Part shown: piece after piece, positions 21,476 to 30,255 of the stretch
How the letters are laid out: the number at the start of each line of letters is the position of its first letter
Position numbering within the stretch: position 1 is the first letter of the stretch
NCBI GenBank assembly: GCA_946221065.1
Contig: CAMIIO010000002.1
Location: forward strand, 1,104-65,103
Length of the DNA stretch: 64,000 nucleotides
Direction: 5' to 3'
DNA from: an uncultured Rothia sp.
GTDB lineage: Bacteria; Actinomycetota; Actinomycetes; Actinomycetales; Micrococcaceae
Notes under the pieces: generated by a model
What the model was told of the DNA's origin: nothing
Database searches by the model: none
The model's input: the letters and a program-made list of their open reading frames with translations, nothing else
Program-made: the position numbers and the translations under genes

Positions 21476-22465
21476 ATGACCACAACAAACCCAGACACAA
21501 CCGTCGATATCGATTCGCTCTACACTAAAGTCAGCCATGTCATTCCCGAAGTGGAGTGGGCAACCATGCGCGAAGACGTTCGCGCTATTTTGCGCCTCAA
21601 AAAGGAAAAGAACGCCGTCATCATGGCACACACCTACATGACGCCGGAAATCTACCACTGCGTTGCAGACATCGTGGGAGACTCGCTCGCCCTCGCCCGC
21701 AAAGCCCAAGACGTGAACGCCAGCACAATCCTGCTCTCCGGCGTCCACTTCATGGCAGAAACCGCAAAAATTCTCAACCCCGCCAAAAAGGTGCTACTGC
21801 CCGATCTCCAATCCGGCTGTTCCCTTGCCGAATCCATCACCGTAGCAGACATCGAAAAACTCCGTGCAGAAAACCCCGGTGCGCCCGTAGTCACCTACGT
21901 GAATACCTCAGCAGCAGTCAAGGCAGCCAGCGACATCTGCTGCACCTCCGGCAACGCCGTCGAAATCATCCAAAGCCTCAACGCACCGCGTGTCATCATG
22001 ATCCCCGACCAATACCTTGCCCGGAACATTGCCGCACAAACCGGAGTGGAAGTTATTACCCACCCCGGAGCCTGCGAAGTTCACGAACGCTTCACCCCGC
22101 AAGATATCCGCACTATCCGGCAGGATTACCCCGGTGTTACCGTCATGGCGCACCCGGAATGCCCGCCAGAGGTTGTTGCCGAAGCCGACTACTCCGGATC
22201 CACCGCACAAATGCTCAGCTTTGTAGACCGGGAACACCCACGCTCCCTAGCACTCATTACCGAATGCTCCATGAGCGATAACATTGCCGCAGCGCACCCA
22301 GAAATCGACATGGTACGCCCCTGCAACCTCTGCCCACATATGAAGCGCAACACCCTCGCCAGCATCCGCGCGGCTCTCGAACAAGACCGCCACGAAATCA
22401 CCGTGGACCCAGCAACCGCCGCGAAAGCCAAGGTAGCCATTGAAAAAATGCTGGCTGTGAAATAA
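21476..22465 (+). CDS. nadA: Quinolinate synthase
   Basis: NadA signature ('FMAETAKILNP', three Cys for the Fe-S cluster). Overlaps nadB by 1 nt (TAATG). Confidence 0.93.
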   Translation: MTTTNPDTTVDIDSLYTKVSHVIPEVEWATMREDVRAILRLKKEKNAVIMAHTYMTPEIYHCVADIVGDSLALARKAQDVNASTILLSGVHFMAETAKILNPAKKVLLPDLQSGCSLAESITVADIEKLRAENPGAPVVTYVNTSAAVKAASDICCTSGNAVEIIQSLNAPRVIMIPDQYLARNIAAQTGVEVITHPGACEVHERFTPQDIRTIRQDYPGVTVMAHPECPPEVVAEADYSGSTAQMLSFVDREHPRSLALITECSMSDNIAAAHPEIDMVRPCNLCPHMKRNTLASIRAALEQDRHEITVDPATAAKAKVAIEKMLAVK

Positions 22466-23988
22466 TGCGCGTTCTCACCCTTCACGAACCCCTGATCGTA
22501 GGTTCTGGTATTGCCGGTCTCAGCACCGCGCTCGCGCTCGCCCCACACCCGGTCACCGTGCTCACCCTCGCCATGCCGGGCTATTCATCCTCTACCAAAC
22601 TTGCCCAGGGCGGCATCGCCGCAGCGGTATCTCCCGAGGACTCCGTCAAAGCGCACATTCAGGACACCCTGCGCGCCGGCGACGGGCTCTGCGAACAAGA
22701 CGCCGTAACCCGAATCATCTCCGCAGGACCTGCCGCTATTGATTTCCTCCAACAGCAGGGGGTGGCGTTTGATGTCGATGAGAAGGGCAACTTCCAACTA
22801 GGCAGAGAAGGCGCCCACAGTACCCACCGTATCCTTCATGCAGACGGCGACTCCACCGGGGCACGCATCGTTCAGCAACTCGCCGAACGAGCCGAAGTAG
22901 CCCCCAATGTGCGCCTACGCCCCGGCGTCAAAGTACAGCGCATTCTGGTTCACGACGGCGTAGCGGTTGGTGTTCTGGCACGGGTGAGTTCCGAAGACGT
23001 AGTAATCGAATCCCCGCATATTATTGTGGCGACCGGCGGACTAGGCGGACTCTACCGCTACACCACCAACCCGCTAACTTCCTGCGGGCAAGGAATAGCG
23101 CTCGCATTGCGTGCCGGAGCCACGATCCGAGATCTAGAGATGGTGCAATTTCACCCCACTGCCATTGCCAATGCCGAAGACCCGATGTCCCTCATCAGTG
23201 AGGCACTACGCGGGGCCGGGGCAGAACTGTGTACCGACCGCTGCGAGCGCTTTATTGACCCGCTTGCCTCCCGCGACAAGGTAGCTCGCGCTATCTGGGA
23301 TCAACTAGGTAACGGTCACCGAGTCTTTGTCGATGCCCGGAACGTACCGAATGTGATCGAACGCTTCCCCACGGTTGCCAGGCTCTGTGCAGAGGCAGGA
23401 ATTAACCCTGCGCGACACCCCATTCAGGTTCACCCTGCCGCGCACTACTCGATGGGCGGAATCTTGGTGGATGAGTACGGGGCAAGCACCGTTCCCGGAT
23501 TGTTTGCGGTGGGTGAATGTGCCAGCACCGGTTTACACGGCGCTAACCGGCTAGCCAGCAATTCTCTATTAGAAGCTGTGGTCTGCGCTAGAGAGGTTGC
23601 CGAGTATCTGCGGGAAAACCCCGGTGGGCAGGCTTCAACACCCCGCCAGGTGCTAGCGGAGTTGGGCAAACGGGCAGCACGTGAAGTTTCTGAATGTTCT
23701 CGTGTCCCCTCGCACTTACGTGAGGTCATGGAACAGTACGCGGGTATTATCCGCACGGCGGAGGGGCTAGCGGCTCTCCAATCCGAGCTAGCAGATTACC
23801 TGCACCATGACGGCGCGCTAGTTGCCTGGCATCTGGCAACATCAGCACTTTCTCGCGAAGAGTCTCGTGGCGGTCATATGCGCGCAGATTTTCCGTTGCC
23901 CTTACCTACAGCTCACCATACACTCACATCCCTACGCACTCAGGAGGCAGCGGAATGCAGCTCCCCGATTTCCTCATCCAACCCGTAA
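22465..23988 (+). CDS. nadB: L-aspartate oxidase
   Basis: FAD-binding 'VGSGIAGLSTA' and a succinate dehydrogenase/fumarate reductase flavoprotein-like fold. Confidence 0.9.
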   Translation: MRVLTLHEPLIVGSGIAGLSTALALAPHPVTVLTLAMPGYSSSTKLAQGGIAAAVSPEDSVKAHIQDTLRAGDGLCEQDAVTRIISAGPAAIDFLQQQGVAFDVDEKGNFQLGREGAHSTHRILHADGDSTGARIVQQLAERAEVAPNVRLRPGVKVQRILVHDGVAVGVLARVSSEDVVIESPHIIVATGGLGGLYRYTTNPLTSCGQGIALALRAGATIRDLEMVQFHPTAIANAEDPMSLISEALRGAGAELCTDRCERFIDPLASRDKVARAIWDQLGNGHRVFVDARNVPNVIERFPTVARLCAEAGINPARHPIQVHPAAHYSMGGILVDEYGASTVPGLFAVGECASTGLHGANRLASNSLLEAVVCAREVAEYLRENPGGQASTPRQVLAELGKRAAREVSECSRVPSHLREVMEQYAGIIRTAEGLAALQSELADYLHHDGALVAWHLATSALSREESRGGHMRADFPLPLPTAHHTLTSLRTQEAAECSSPISSSNP

Positions 23989-24794
23989 TTCAGCGCGGTC
24001 TTGAAGAAGACCTCGCTCGCGGTGGGGACCTCACCACCCAGTCCATTATCAGCCCCGAACAGCAGGCGCAGGTTGCCCTGGTAGCCCGTGCCGATGGCGT
24101 AGTTGCCGGCGGAGCGTGTCCCAGACTCTCGTGGGCTGCCGTTGACCCGCGGATTCAGGTGGAATACCTGGTACAAGACGGCGAACAGGTCGTAGCCGGA
24201 CAAGAAATTGCGCGAGCTACGGGTCCTGCCGTGGGTCTGCTCATGGGTGAGCGGGTAGGGCTTAATTTATTGTGCCGGCTCAGCGGAATCGCCACCGCGA
24301 CCGCCCGGATGCAGCGGCTCATTGCGCATACTTCTGCGCATATTGTGGACACCCGCAAAACCACTCCTGGACTTCGGGCACTCGAAAAATACGCGGTACG
24401 CTGTGGCGGCGGGAAGAATCACCGTTTTGGGTTAGACGACGCCGTACTCATTAAAGATAACCACATTGCCGTTGCCGGAGGTATTGAGCAAGCAGTTAGC
24501 GCCGCACGCAAGAGCCTCGGGCACATGGTCAAGATTGAAGTAGAGGTGGACACCCTCGAACAGCTCCAACAGCTTCTCGCCTTCAACGTCGATGCCGTGC
24601 TCCTAGATAATATGAGCCCGGAAACTCTCCGCCAAGCAGTGAAGCTAGTGGACGGCGCGTTCCTCACTGAGGCCTCGGGCGGGATTACCCCCGAAACCGT
24701 GGTTGCGGTAGCTGAAGCCGGAGTGGACATGATTTCCATGGGCTGGCTTACCCACTCGGCACCCATCCTGGATGTTGGACTGGACTACCGCTAG
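23955..24794 (+). CDS. nadC: Nicotinate-nucleotide pyrophosphorylase (carboxylating)
   Basis: QPRTase motifs. AGGAGG RBS. Overlaps the nadB 3' end by 34 nt. Confidence 0.9.
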   Translation: MQLPDFLIQPVIQRGLEEDLARGGDLTTQSIISPEQQAQVALVARADGVVAGGACPRLSWAAVDPRIQVEYLVQDGEQVVAGQEIARATGPAVGLLMGERVGLNLLCRLSGIATATARMQRLIAHTSAHIVDTRKTTPGLRALEKYAVRCGGGKNHRFGLDDAVLIKDNHIAVAGGIEQAVSAARKSLGHMVKIEVEVDTLEQLQQLLAFNVDAVLLDNMSPETLRQAVKLVDGAFLTEASGGITPETVVAVAEAGVDMISMGWLTHSAPILDVGLDYR

Positions 24795-24921
24795 GCAACA
24801 GCACATCGTAAGAAACCCGGGACTTACACCCGTATAACGCCGAACGCTCTCACAGCAGCTATCCAACTACCTCCTGTAAGGGCGTTCTGTGATTTTAAGA
24901 AAGTGTCTTCTGGGGCAGGGG

Positions 24922-25383
24922 CTAGAACTGCACCACCGCCTGCGCCTTTACCAGCACCTTCTGCTCTTTACCCTCGGCATCGGGGGCAGAAACCGTCAAA
25001 TCGACGCGGGCGGTTCGGGCGTCGTCGTCAAGTGCGCCAATCTTGCCCGAAATACTCAGCATGTTTCCGCCCTCGGTAGGTGCCTGGGCGCCGGTTGCGT
25101 CCGGAACCACCACAGGCTTAGTAAAACGAGTCTGATAATCCACAATCTTGCCCGGGTCCCCCACCCAATCGGTCACCAGCTGCACCGCCGCTCCCATGGT
25201 GAACATGCCGTGTGCAATCACCCCCGGCAACCCAACAGCGGTAGCAAAACGCTCATTCCAGTGAATCGGATTAAAGTCCCCCGACGCCGCCGCATAACGT
25301 ACCAAGTCGGCACGAGAGACTGTCACGGTAGTAGAGCCAATGTCCTGACCCTTTTCAAGCTGTGCAAAATCTGGCTGTGCCAT
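24922..25383 (-). CDS. MaoC-like (R)-specific enoyl-CoA hydratase/dehydratase, HadB-like subunit
   Basis: Hot-dog fold with the catalytic 'DxNPIHW' motif ('DFNPIHWNE'). Start moved to the ATG at 25383 (GGAGAGGA RBS), which removes the overlap with the upstream gene. Confidence 0.75.
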   Translation of the reverse strand: MAQPDFAQLEKGQDIGSTTVTVSRADLVRYAAASGDFNPIHWNERFATAVGLPGVIAHGMFTMGAAVQLVTDWVGDPGKIVDYQTRFTKPVVVPDATGAQAPTEGGNMLSISGKIGALDDDARTARVDLTVSAPDAEGKEQKVLVKAQAVVQF

Positions 25384-25387
25384 GTTT

Positions 25388-25858
25388 TTAGTCCTCTCCT
25401 CGAACCAACAGCGACGAGAGGCAGGTACAGACCTTCTCGCCCTGAACGGTAGTAATTTCTTCGCGAGTGGTAAGCATGGCACCGGGCTCCATCACACGCA
25501 CGTTATCCACATGCACCTCGGTACGTAGCTCATCACCGGCAACGATAGGGCTGTGATGGGTAAAACGCTGATCCGCGTGAACCACGCGCGAAAAGTCGAT
25601 TCCAGCATCCGGATCCTGAATGAGCGCGGCGTCGGCTTGCTGCGCCAGGATAATAGCAAAGGTTGGTGGTGCCACGACGTCGGTATAGCCTGCCTTCCGG
25701 GCGGCATCGACGTCGAAATATAGCGGGCTGGTTGCCTTTACGGCGCGGGCAAACTCGCGAATGCGCTCGCGCCCTACCTGGAAGGTCTGTTCGGTGGAAT
25801 AAGTCCGCCCGATAATGTGGGTGTTAATGCTCTGGGGTTCAGAATTAGCTTCAGACAT
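25388..25858 (-). CDS. MaoC N-terminal-like hot-dog protein, HadA-like partner subunit
   Basis: Hot-dog fold lacking the catalytic motif. Its stop lies 4 nt before the HadB-like start, as expected for a HadAB-type heterodimer operon. Confidence 0.7.
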   Translation of the reverse strand: MSEANSEPQSINTHIIGRTYSTEQTFQVGRERIREFARAVKATSPLYFDVDAARKAGYTDVVAPPTFAIILAQQADAALIQDPDAGIDFSRVVHADQRFTHHSPIVAGDELRTEVHVDNVRVMEPGAMLTTREEITTVQGEKVCTCLSSLLVRGED

Positions 25859-25915
25859 AGTGAAATCTTATCTACTCTCCCCCGCTATCTCGTAAAACTT
25901 TCTCAACAGCGCGAT

Positions 25916-25980
25916 AATGTACCGCTTCTATTACACCGGCACGTCTTCTTGTGCATACGGTGTAATGGAAGCGGTACATT
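25916..25980. repeat. 23-bp inverted repeat (one mismatch) around a 19-nt spacer
   Basis: aatgtaccgcttctattacaccg …19 nt… cggtgtaatggaagcggtacatt. The core GCGGTAC is shared with the elements at 27447..27522. Confidence 0.55.
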
Positions 25981-26004
25981 AGCTCATCTCAGGGGAAAAC
26001 ACAG

Positions 26005-27303
26005 CTAGGAAAAGACCTTAGCAACCGCCTCAATCGTCTGCTGTACGCCCAAAATACCAAAAAGAACCGCGCAAATAGCCAGCACCGCATTGGTAAACCA
26101 GCCATTACGCCACTTGTCCGGGACCCGACGCGTATTCAAAATCCACAGCAGGGTTATCGCAAGAAACGGCATGAACAGTGCGCCCAGCACACCATACAGC
26201 AGGATTAAGAAAATCGGCTTATCAAGAAGTAGCAGCACCATCGGTGGGAAAGTCAGCCACAGCACATAGAACTTAAAGTACTTACCGCCGGTGCGGGTAT
26301 CGGGGTGCCCCGGTTCCAGATGACGAACCTTGCCCCAAAAATCCGCAAACATTAGTGATACGCCGGACCACACGCCAACGATGGAAGAAAACGACGCCGC
26401 CCAAAAGCCCACCAAGAACAGGTGACCGACCAGCACGCCATACCGCTCGTCCAAAACGCTTGCCAAATCCAGCAGGCCCTTATCGCTACTAGAGACTGCT
26501 ACACCCGCCGAGTACAGCACCTCAACACCAATAATCATGGTGGCGAGCACAAACACTCCGGAAATCACATAGGCAACCGTATTATCAAGCTGCATAACGC
26601 GCATGAACTTAGGCCGGTCCCAGCCCTTTTCACGAAGCCAGTACCCGTATGCCGCGAGGGTGATCGTTCCGCCGACGCCGCCGGCAAGAGCCAGCGTGTA
26701 CGTGATCGCGCCGTGAGGAATCAACGGGATAAGACCCTTGACGAGGCTGGGCAGGTTCGGGAGGGTAAAAATAGCCAGTCCCACAATCAGCACAAACATA
26801 ATGCCTACAAGTACGGCAGTAAACTTTTCAACCAGCTGATATTTACCAAACCACACAATCGTAAAACCCAGCAGCCCCATCACGATTGCCCAACACCACA
26901 GCGGTAGGAAGGGAAAAAGAACCGCTAGCGGCATGGCCGCCGAACTCATCGCCGTCGCGCCGTAGACGAATCCCCAAATCAAAATATAGGGGCCAAAATA
27001 TACGCTGGTCCACGCACCCAGGCTTCGCCAGCCTTCAAAGATGGTGCGCCCGGTTGCCAGGGTGTAGCGGGCGGCGCCCTCAACCAGCACAATCTTCATC
27101 AGCACACCCACAACGACCGTCCAGAGTAGAGCATATCCTACCTGGGAGCCGGCAACCAGTGTTGCGACGAGGTCTGGGGCGCCGATACCGGTTGCGGCAA
27201 CCACTAGGCCGGGGCCGATAATCTTATATTTTTCAATTTTTACTACTGGTTCATTCGGATCAACCAGGAATTCCGGAAATTTTTCCCGTGGGGATCGAGT
27301 CAT
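26005..27303 (-). CDS. Divergent NRAMP/SLC11-superfamily membrane transporter (substrate unknown)
   Basis: 432 aa with about 11 TM helices. Alignable by eye to the MntH at 44763, but the TM1 'DPGN' is replaced by 'GAPD…L' and the TM6 'MPH' by 'IPH'. Confidence 0.5.
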   Translation of the reverse strand: MTRSPREKFPEFLVDPNEPVVKIEKYKIIGPGLVVAATGIGAPDLVATLVAGSQVGYALLWTVVVGVLMKIVLVEGAARYTLATGRTIFEGWRSLGAWTSVYFGPYILIWGFVYGATAMSSAAMPLAVLFPFLPLWCWAIVMGLLGFTIVWFGKYQLVEKFTAVLVGIMFVLIVGLAIFTLPNLPSLVKGLIPLIPHGAITYTLALAGGVGGTITLAAYGYWLREKGWDRPKFMRVMQLDNTVAYVISGVFVLATMIIGVEVLYSAGVAVSSSDKGLLDLASVLDERYGVLVGHLFLVGFWAASFSSIVGVWSGVSLMFADFWGKVRHLEPGHPDTRTGGKYFKFYVLWLTFPPMVLLLLDKPIFLILLYGVLGALFMPFLAITLLWILNTRRVPDKWRNGWFTNAVLAICAVLFGILGVQQTIEAVAKVFS

Positions 27304-27446
27304 AACACATCTCCACTACGTTGGGCGAATAGTTATTTCGCGTATGGTTCTGCAATAACAGGGTTTCAACCATGTTAGGGGTATCACATTAATTTGAAAA
27401 GTGAAACACACCCAAACCCGTCATATTACGCCCCTCCCACCCCGCC

Positions 27447-27522
27447 TGCGGTACGTACCGCAAAAAGTGTTTTATCGCGCAAAAAATGCGCGATAAAGTT
27501 CGTTTTGCGGTAGGTACCGCAA
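27447..27522. promoter_or_regulatory. Compound dyad element: three consecutive hairpins in the 5' region of the divergent NRAMP-like gene
   Basis: Palindromes gcggtacgtaccgc (27448–27461) and gcggtaggtaccgc (27507–27520) flank a 10-bp stem palindrome ttatcgcgca-aaaaa-tgcgcgataa (27472–27496). The whole forms a dyad of about 34 nt per arm. Confidence 0.5.
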
Positions 27523-27570
27523 AACGAACAGAGCAAACAGGGGTATAGGACAGACCGGGAGGAAACAGAA

Positions 27571-27605
27571 AACCCGCTTACTCAACAGAGTAAACGGGTT
27601 TTGTT
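27571..27605 (-). terminator. Intrinsic terminator immediately downstream of tRNA-Thr on the minus strand
   Basis: About 15-bp stem (aaaacccgcttactc / gagtaaacgggtttt) with loop aacag. On the minus strand it is followed by ttttctgttt. Confidence 0.6.
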
Positions 27606-27616
27606 ATGAAAATCTG

Positions 27617-27688
27617 AGCCCCGACCGGGAATCGATCCCGGGACCTCCATCTTACCAAGATGGCGCTCTACCACTGAGCTATCGGGGC
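27617..27688 (-). tRNA. tRNA-Thr (anticodon GGT)
   Basis: The reverse complement folds as a cloverleaf: acceptor gccccga/tcggggc, D-arm gctc…gagc, anticodon stem ccatc/gatgg with loop ttGGTaa, and T-arm ccggg atcgatt cccgg. Confidence 0.9.
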
Positions 27689-27884
27689 AACAGAGAATAC
27701 TCTACATGATATAGCGGAGAGGGCGCAAACTCAGAGGCTAAAAATTTTCGGTGTTCTAGAACACCTACAACAAAGCGGGCGAGCACCCAAAGGTACTCAC
27801 CCGCTCATAGCAATTCCCTCCCCGCCAGCGTCGGAATGTTTAGCCTATGTGGCTTCGTTCCCACACTCGCACAGGGTAAGAATA

Positions 27885-29897
27885 TTAGTAATTATTGGAA
27901 CGACGTCCATAGCCGCCGTCACGACCACCGCGACGGTCATCGCGATCTCCATGGTAGCCACCGCGGCCACCATCACGACCACCACGGTAACCGCCGTCGC
28001 GGCCACCACGATCTCCACGGTAGCCACCGCGGCCGCCGTCACGACCGCCACGGTAACCACCATCACGACCACCGCGACCGCCACCCTTGGGACCGTTATC
28101 GCGGGTAATCTCCAACAGCTGACCATTCAGCTCGGTGTCTTCCAAACGATCGAAGAAATCACGCGGCAGATCTTCTGGCAGACCAACAATAGTAAAGTGC
28201 TTGCGGATGTCAATTGAACCAACCTGCGAGCCCTTGATGCCACCTTCATTAGCCAAAGCACCAACAATCATGCCCGGGTTCACGCGGTTAACGTGGCCAA
28301 CCTGCAGCTTGTAATTGACCATGCCCTCTTCTTGACGGCGAGGCTTACGCTCACCGCGTTCACCACGATCACGGCCACCGCGGTCATTATCAAAGTCACG
28401 GTCACGGCCACGCTTGGGCTCAGGAATTTCTTCCACAAAGAACGGACGGCCTTCCTGAGCAATCACAGCAATAGCTGCCGCGATTTCCAAGGGATCGACG
28501 TCATTTTCGTTCTCGTAAGCCGTAATAATTTCACGGAACAAGGAGAGATCTTCTGCCTCAATGGTGTCTGTGATCTGCTGAGCAAAGCGAGTCTTGCGGT
28601 TCTCATTAACATCAGCAACAGAAGGCATGTGCATCTGCTCAACCGGCTGACGGGTAGCTTTCTCAATCTGACGCAACATGTACTTCTCACGTGGGGTCAT
28701 AAAGAGGATAGCTTCGCCTTCGCGACCGGCGCGACCGGTACGGCCAATGCGGTGCACATAGGATTCGGTGTCGTGAGGAATATCAAAGTTCACGACGAGG
28801 GAGATACGCTCCACGTCCAAACCACGAGCGGCGACGTCAGTGGCGACCAAAATATCGATGCGACCATCACGCAAGGAATCAACGGTGCGCTCACGCAACT
28901 GCTGGGGAATATCACCGTTAATAGCAGCCGCCTGGTAACCGCGAGCCTTCAACTTCTCAGCGAGTTCTTCAGTTTCTTTCTTGGTCCGCACAAAGGCGAT
29001 GACGCCGTCGTAGTTGCCTACTTCGAGCACACGAGTCATTGCGTCTAGTTTGTGCGAGTGCATTACCTGGATATAGCGCTGACGAATGTTTGGCGCGGTA
29101 GAGGTTTTAGACTTCACACGTACTTCGGCGGGGTTGTCCAAGTACTTTTCAGCAATCTTGCGAATGGTCTTGGGCATGGTTGCGGAGAACAGTGCAACCT
29201 GCTTGGAGTCCGGGGTGTTGGAGAGGATTTCTTCCACATCATCGGCAAAGCCCATGCGGAGCATTTCATCGGCTTCATCCAGCACCAGGTACTGCAGATT
29301 GGAAAGATCCAGCGAGCCCTTCTTGATGTGGTCAATGACACGGCCGGGAGTACCCACAACTACCTGCGCGCCACGGCGCAAGCCGTTGAGCTGCGGGCCG
29401 TAGGGTGAGCCACCGTAGATGGGAAGAACGGTGAAGTTCTCCATGTGAGTTGCGTAGGAGGTGAAGGCCTCTGCACCCTGCAAGGCGAGCTCGCGGGTAG
29501 GTGCTAGAACCAGCACCTGGGTGTCTTTGGAGACGCCGTTGACGTCTGCCAGTTCAGCTAGGCGTGAGAGCGCGGGTACAGCAAATGCTGCGGTTTTACC
29601 TGTACCGGTCTGGGCTAGACCGACGACGTCGCGGCCTTCAAGCAGAAGCGGAATGGTTTGTTCCTGAATGGGTGAGGGCTTTTCGTACCCTATTTCTTCA
29701 AGAGCTGTGAGAACACGGGCGTCCAAGCCAAGGTCGGTGAAACGCACAGCGTTATCATCTTCCGTTGAAGCCTTGGTGGTGTCTTCGGGGGTGTTAGGAA
29801 TTTCTACCTCTGTAGGTTCGATAAATTCCAGGCCTGCAGTGTTAGCAGAGTTATTTTCAGTCAATTGTTCCTCGTGGGTGGGATCTTGCACCGCCAT
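27885..29897 (-). CDS. deaD: DEAD-box ATP-dependent RNA helicase with a C-terminal RGG/Gly-Arg-rich tail
   Basis: Q-motif, 'AQTGTGKT', 'DEAD', 'SAT' and 'HRIGRTGRAG' motifs. A C-terminal (GGRDGGYRGGRD)n low-complexity tail. A long 5' leader. Confidence 0.92.
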   Translation of the reverse strand: MAVQDPTHEEQLTENNSANTAGLEFIEPTEVEIPNTPEDTTKASTEDDNAVRFTDLGLDARVLTALEEIGYEKPSPIQEQTIPLLLEGRDVVGLAQTGTGKTAAFAVPALSRLAELADVNGVSKDTQVLVLAPTRELALQGAEAFTSYATHMENFTVLPIYGGSPYGPQLNGLRRGAQVVVGTPGRVIDHIKKGSLDLSNLQYLVLDEADEMLRMGFADDVEEILSNTPDSKQVALFSATMPKTIRKIAEKYLDNPAEVRVKSKTSTAPNIRQRYIQVMHSHKLDAMTRVLEVGNYDGVIAFVRTKKETEELAEKLKARGYQAAAINGDIPQQLRERTVDSLRDGRIDILVATDVAARGLDVERISLVVNFDIPHDTESYVHRIGRTGRAGREGEAILFMTPREKYMLRQIEKATRQPVEQMHMPSVADVNENRKTRFAQQITDTIEAEDLSLFREIITAYENENDVDPLEIAAAIAVIAQEGRPFFVEEIPEPKRGRDRDFDNDRGGRDRGERGERKPRRQEEGMVNYKLQVGHVNRVNPGMIVGALANEGGIKGSQVGSIDIRKHFTIVGLPEDLPRDFFDRLEDTELNGQLLEITRDNGPKGGGRGGRDGGYRGGRDGGRGGYRGDRGGRDGGYRGGRDGGRGGYHGDRDDRRGGRDGGYGRRSNNY

Positions 29898-30255
29898 ACG
29901 GTGCCTCTATCCGGTGATCCCCTGTTGCTCGCTAAGTGGGTGGGCCATCTTCGGTGGGCGCCACCTTCCCTGCCCTCTAATGATTAGGTGCAGTTAGCTC
30001 ACAGTTATCCGCTGAGGAAATGTGGTGAGCTTTGAAGTTTGCGCGCTTTGTGCGAGCTGGTTTGTTCGTCATCCTGAACCCGGCTGGTTCAAGGAAGGAG
30101 ACTTTATGAGCGCCTGTTTTCAGTCGGTCGGCGCGTGCCTCGGTATCTAGGGAAACCGGTAATGTACTTTTCTCACTTTACAGCATGGATGGGATTTTTA
30201 CCCTCGCAGGTGACGTATCGAACAAGGGTAATTTTTGACTTTCGGTAAAAATAAC

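Noticed and set aside
25388-25482. 95-nt overlap between the two MaoC-like ORFs
   Set aside because: Resolved by choosing the internal ATG at 25383 with a GGAGAGGA RBS. The true arrangement is a 4-nt gap, typical of HadAB-type operons.
27447-27522. M-box (Mg2+) or Mn2+ riboswitch upstream of the divergent NRAMP gene
   Set aside because: The conserved sequence blocks of ykoK/M-box or yybP-ykoY riboswitches were not recognised. The element is kept as an unclassified structured region instead.
27836-28217. + strand ORFs with poly-His/Thr/Ala composition
   Set aside because: They overlap the RGG/Gly-Arg tail-coding repeats of the minus-strand DEAD-box helicase and are repeat shadows. The RGG tail itself is a known feature of actinobacterial DeaD-like helicases and is not reported as novel.
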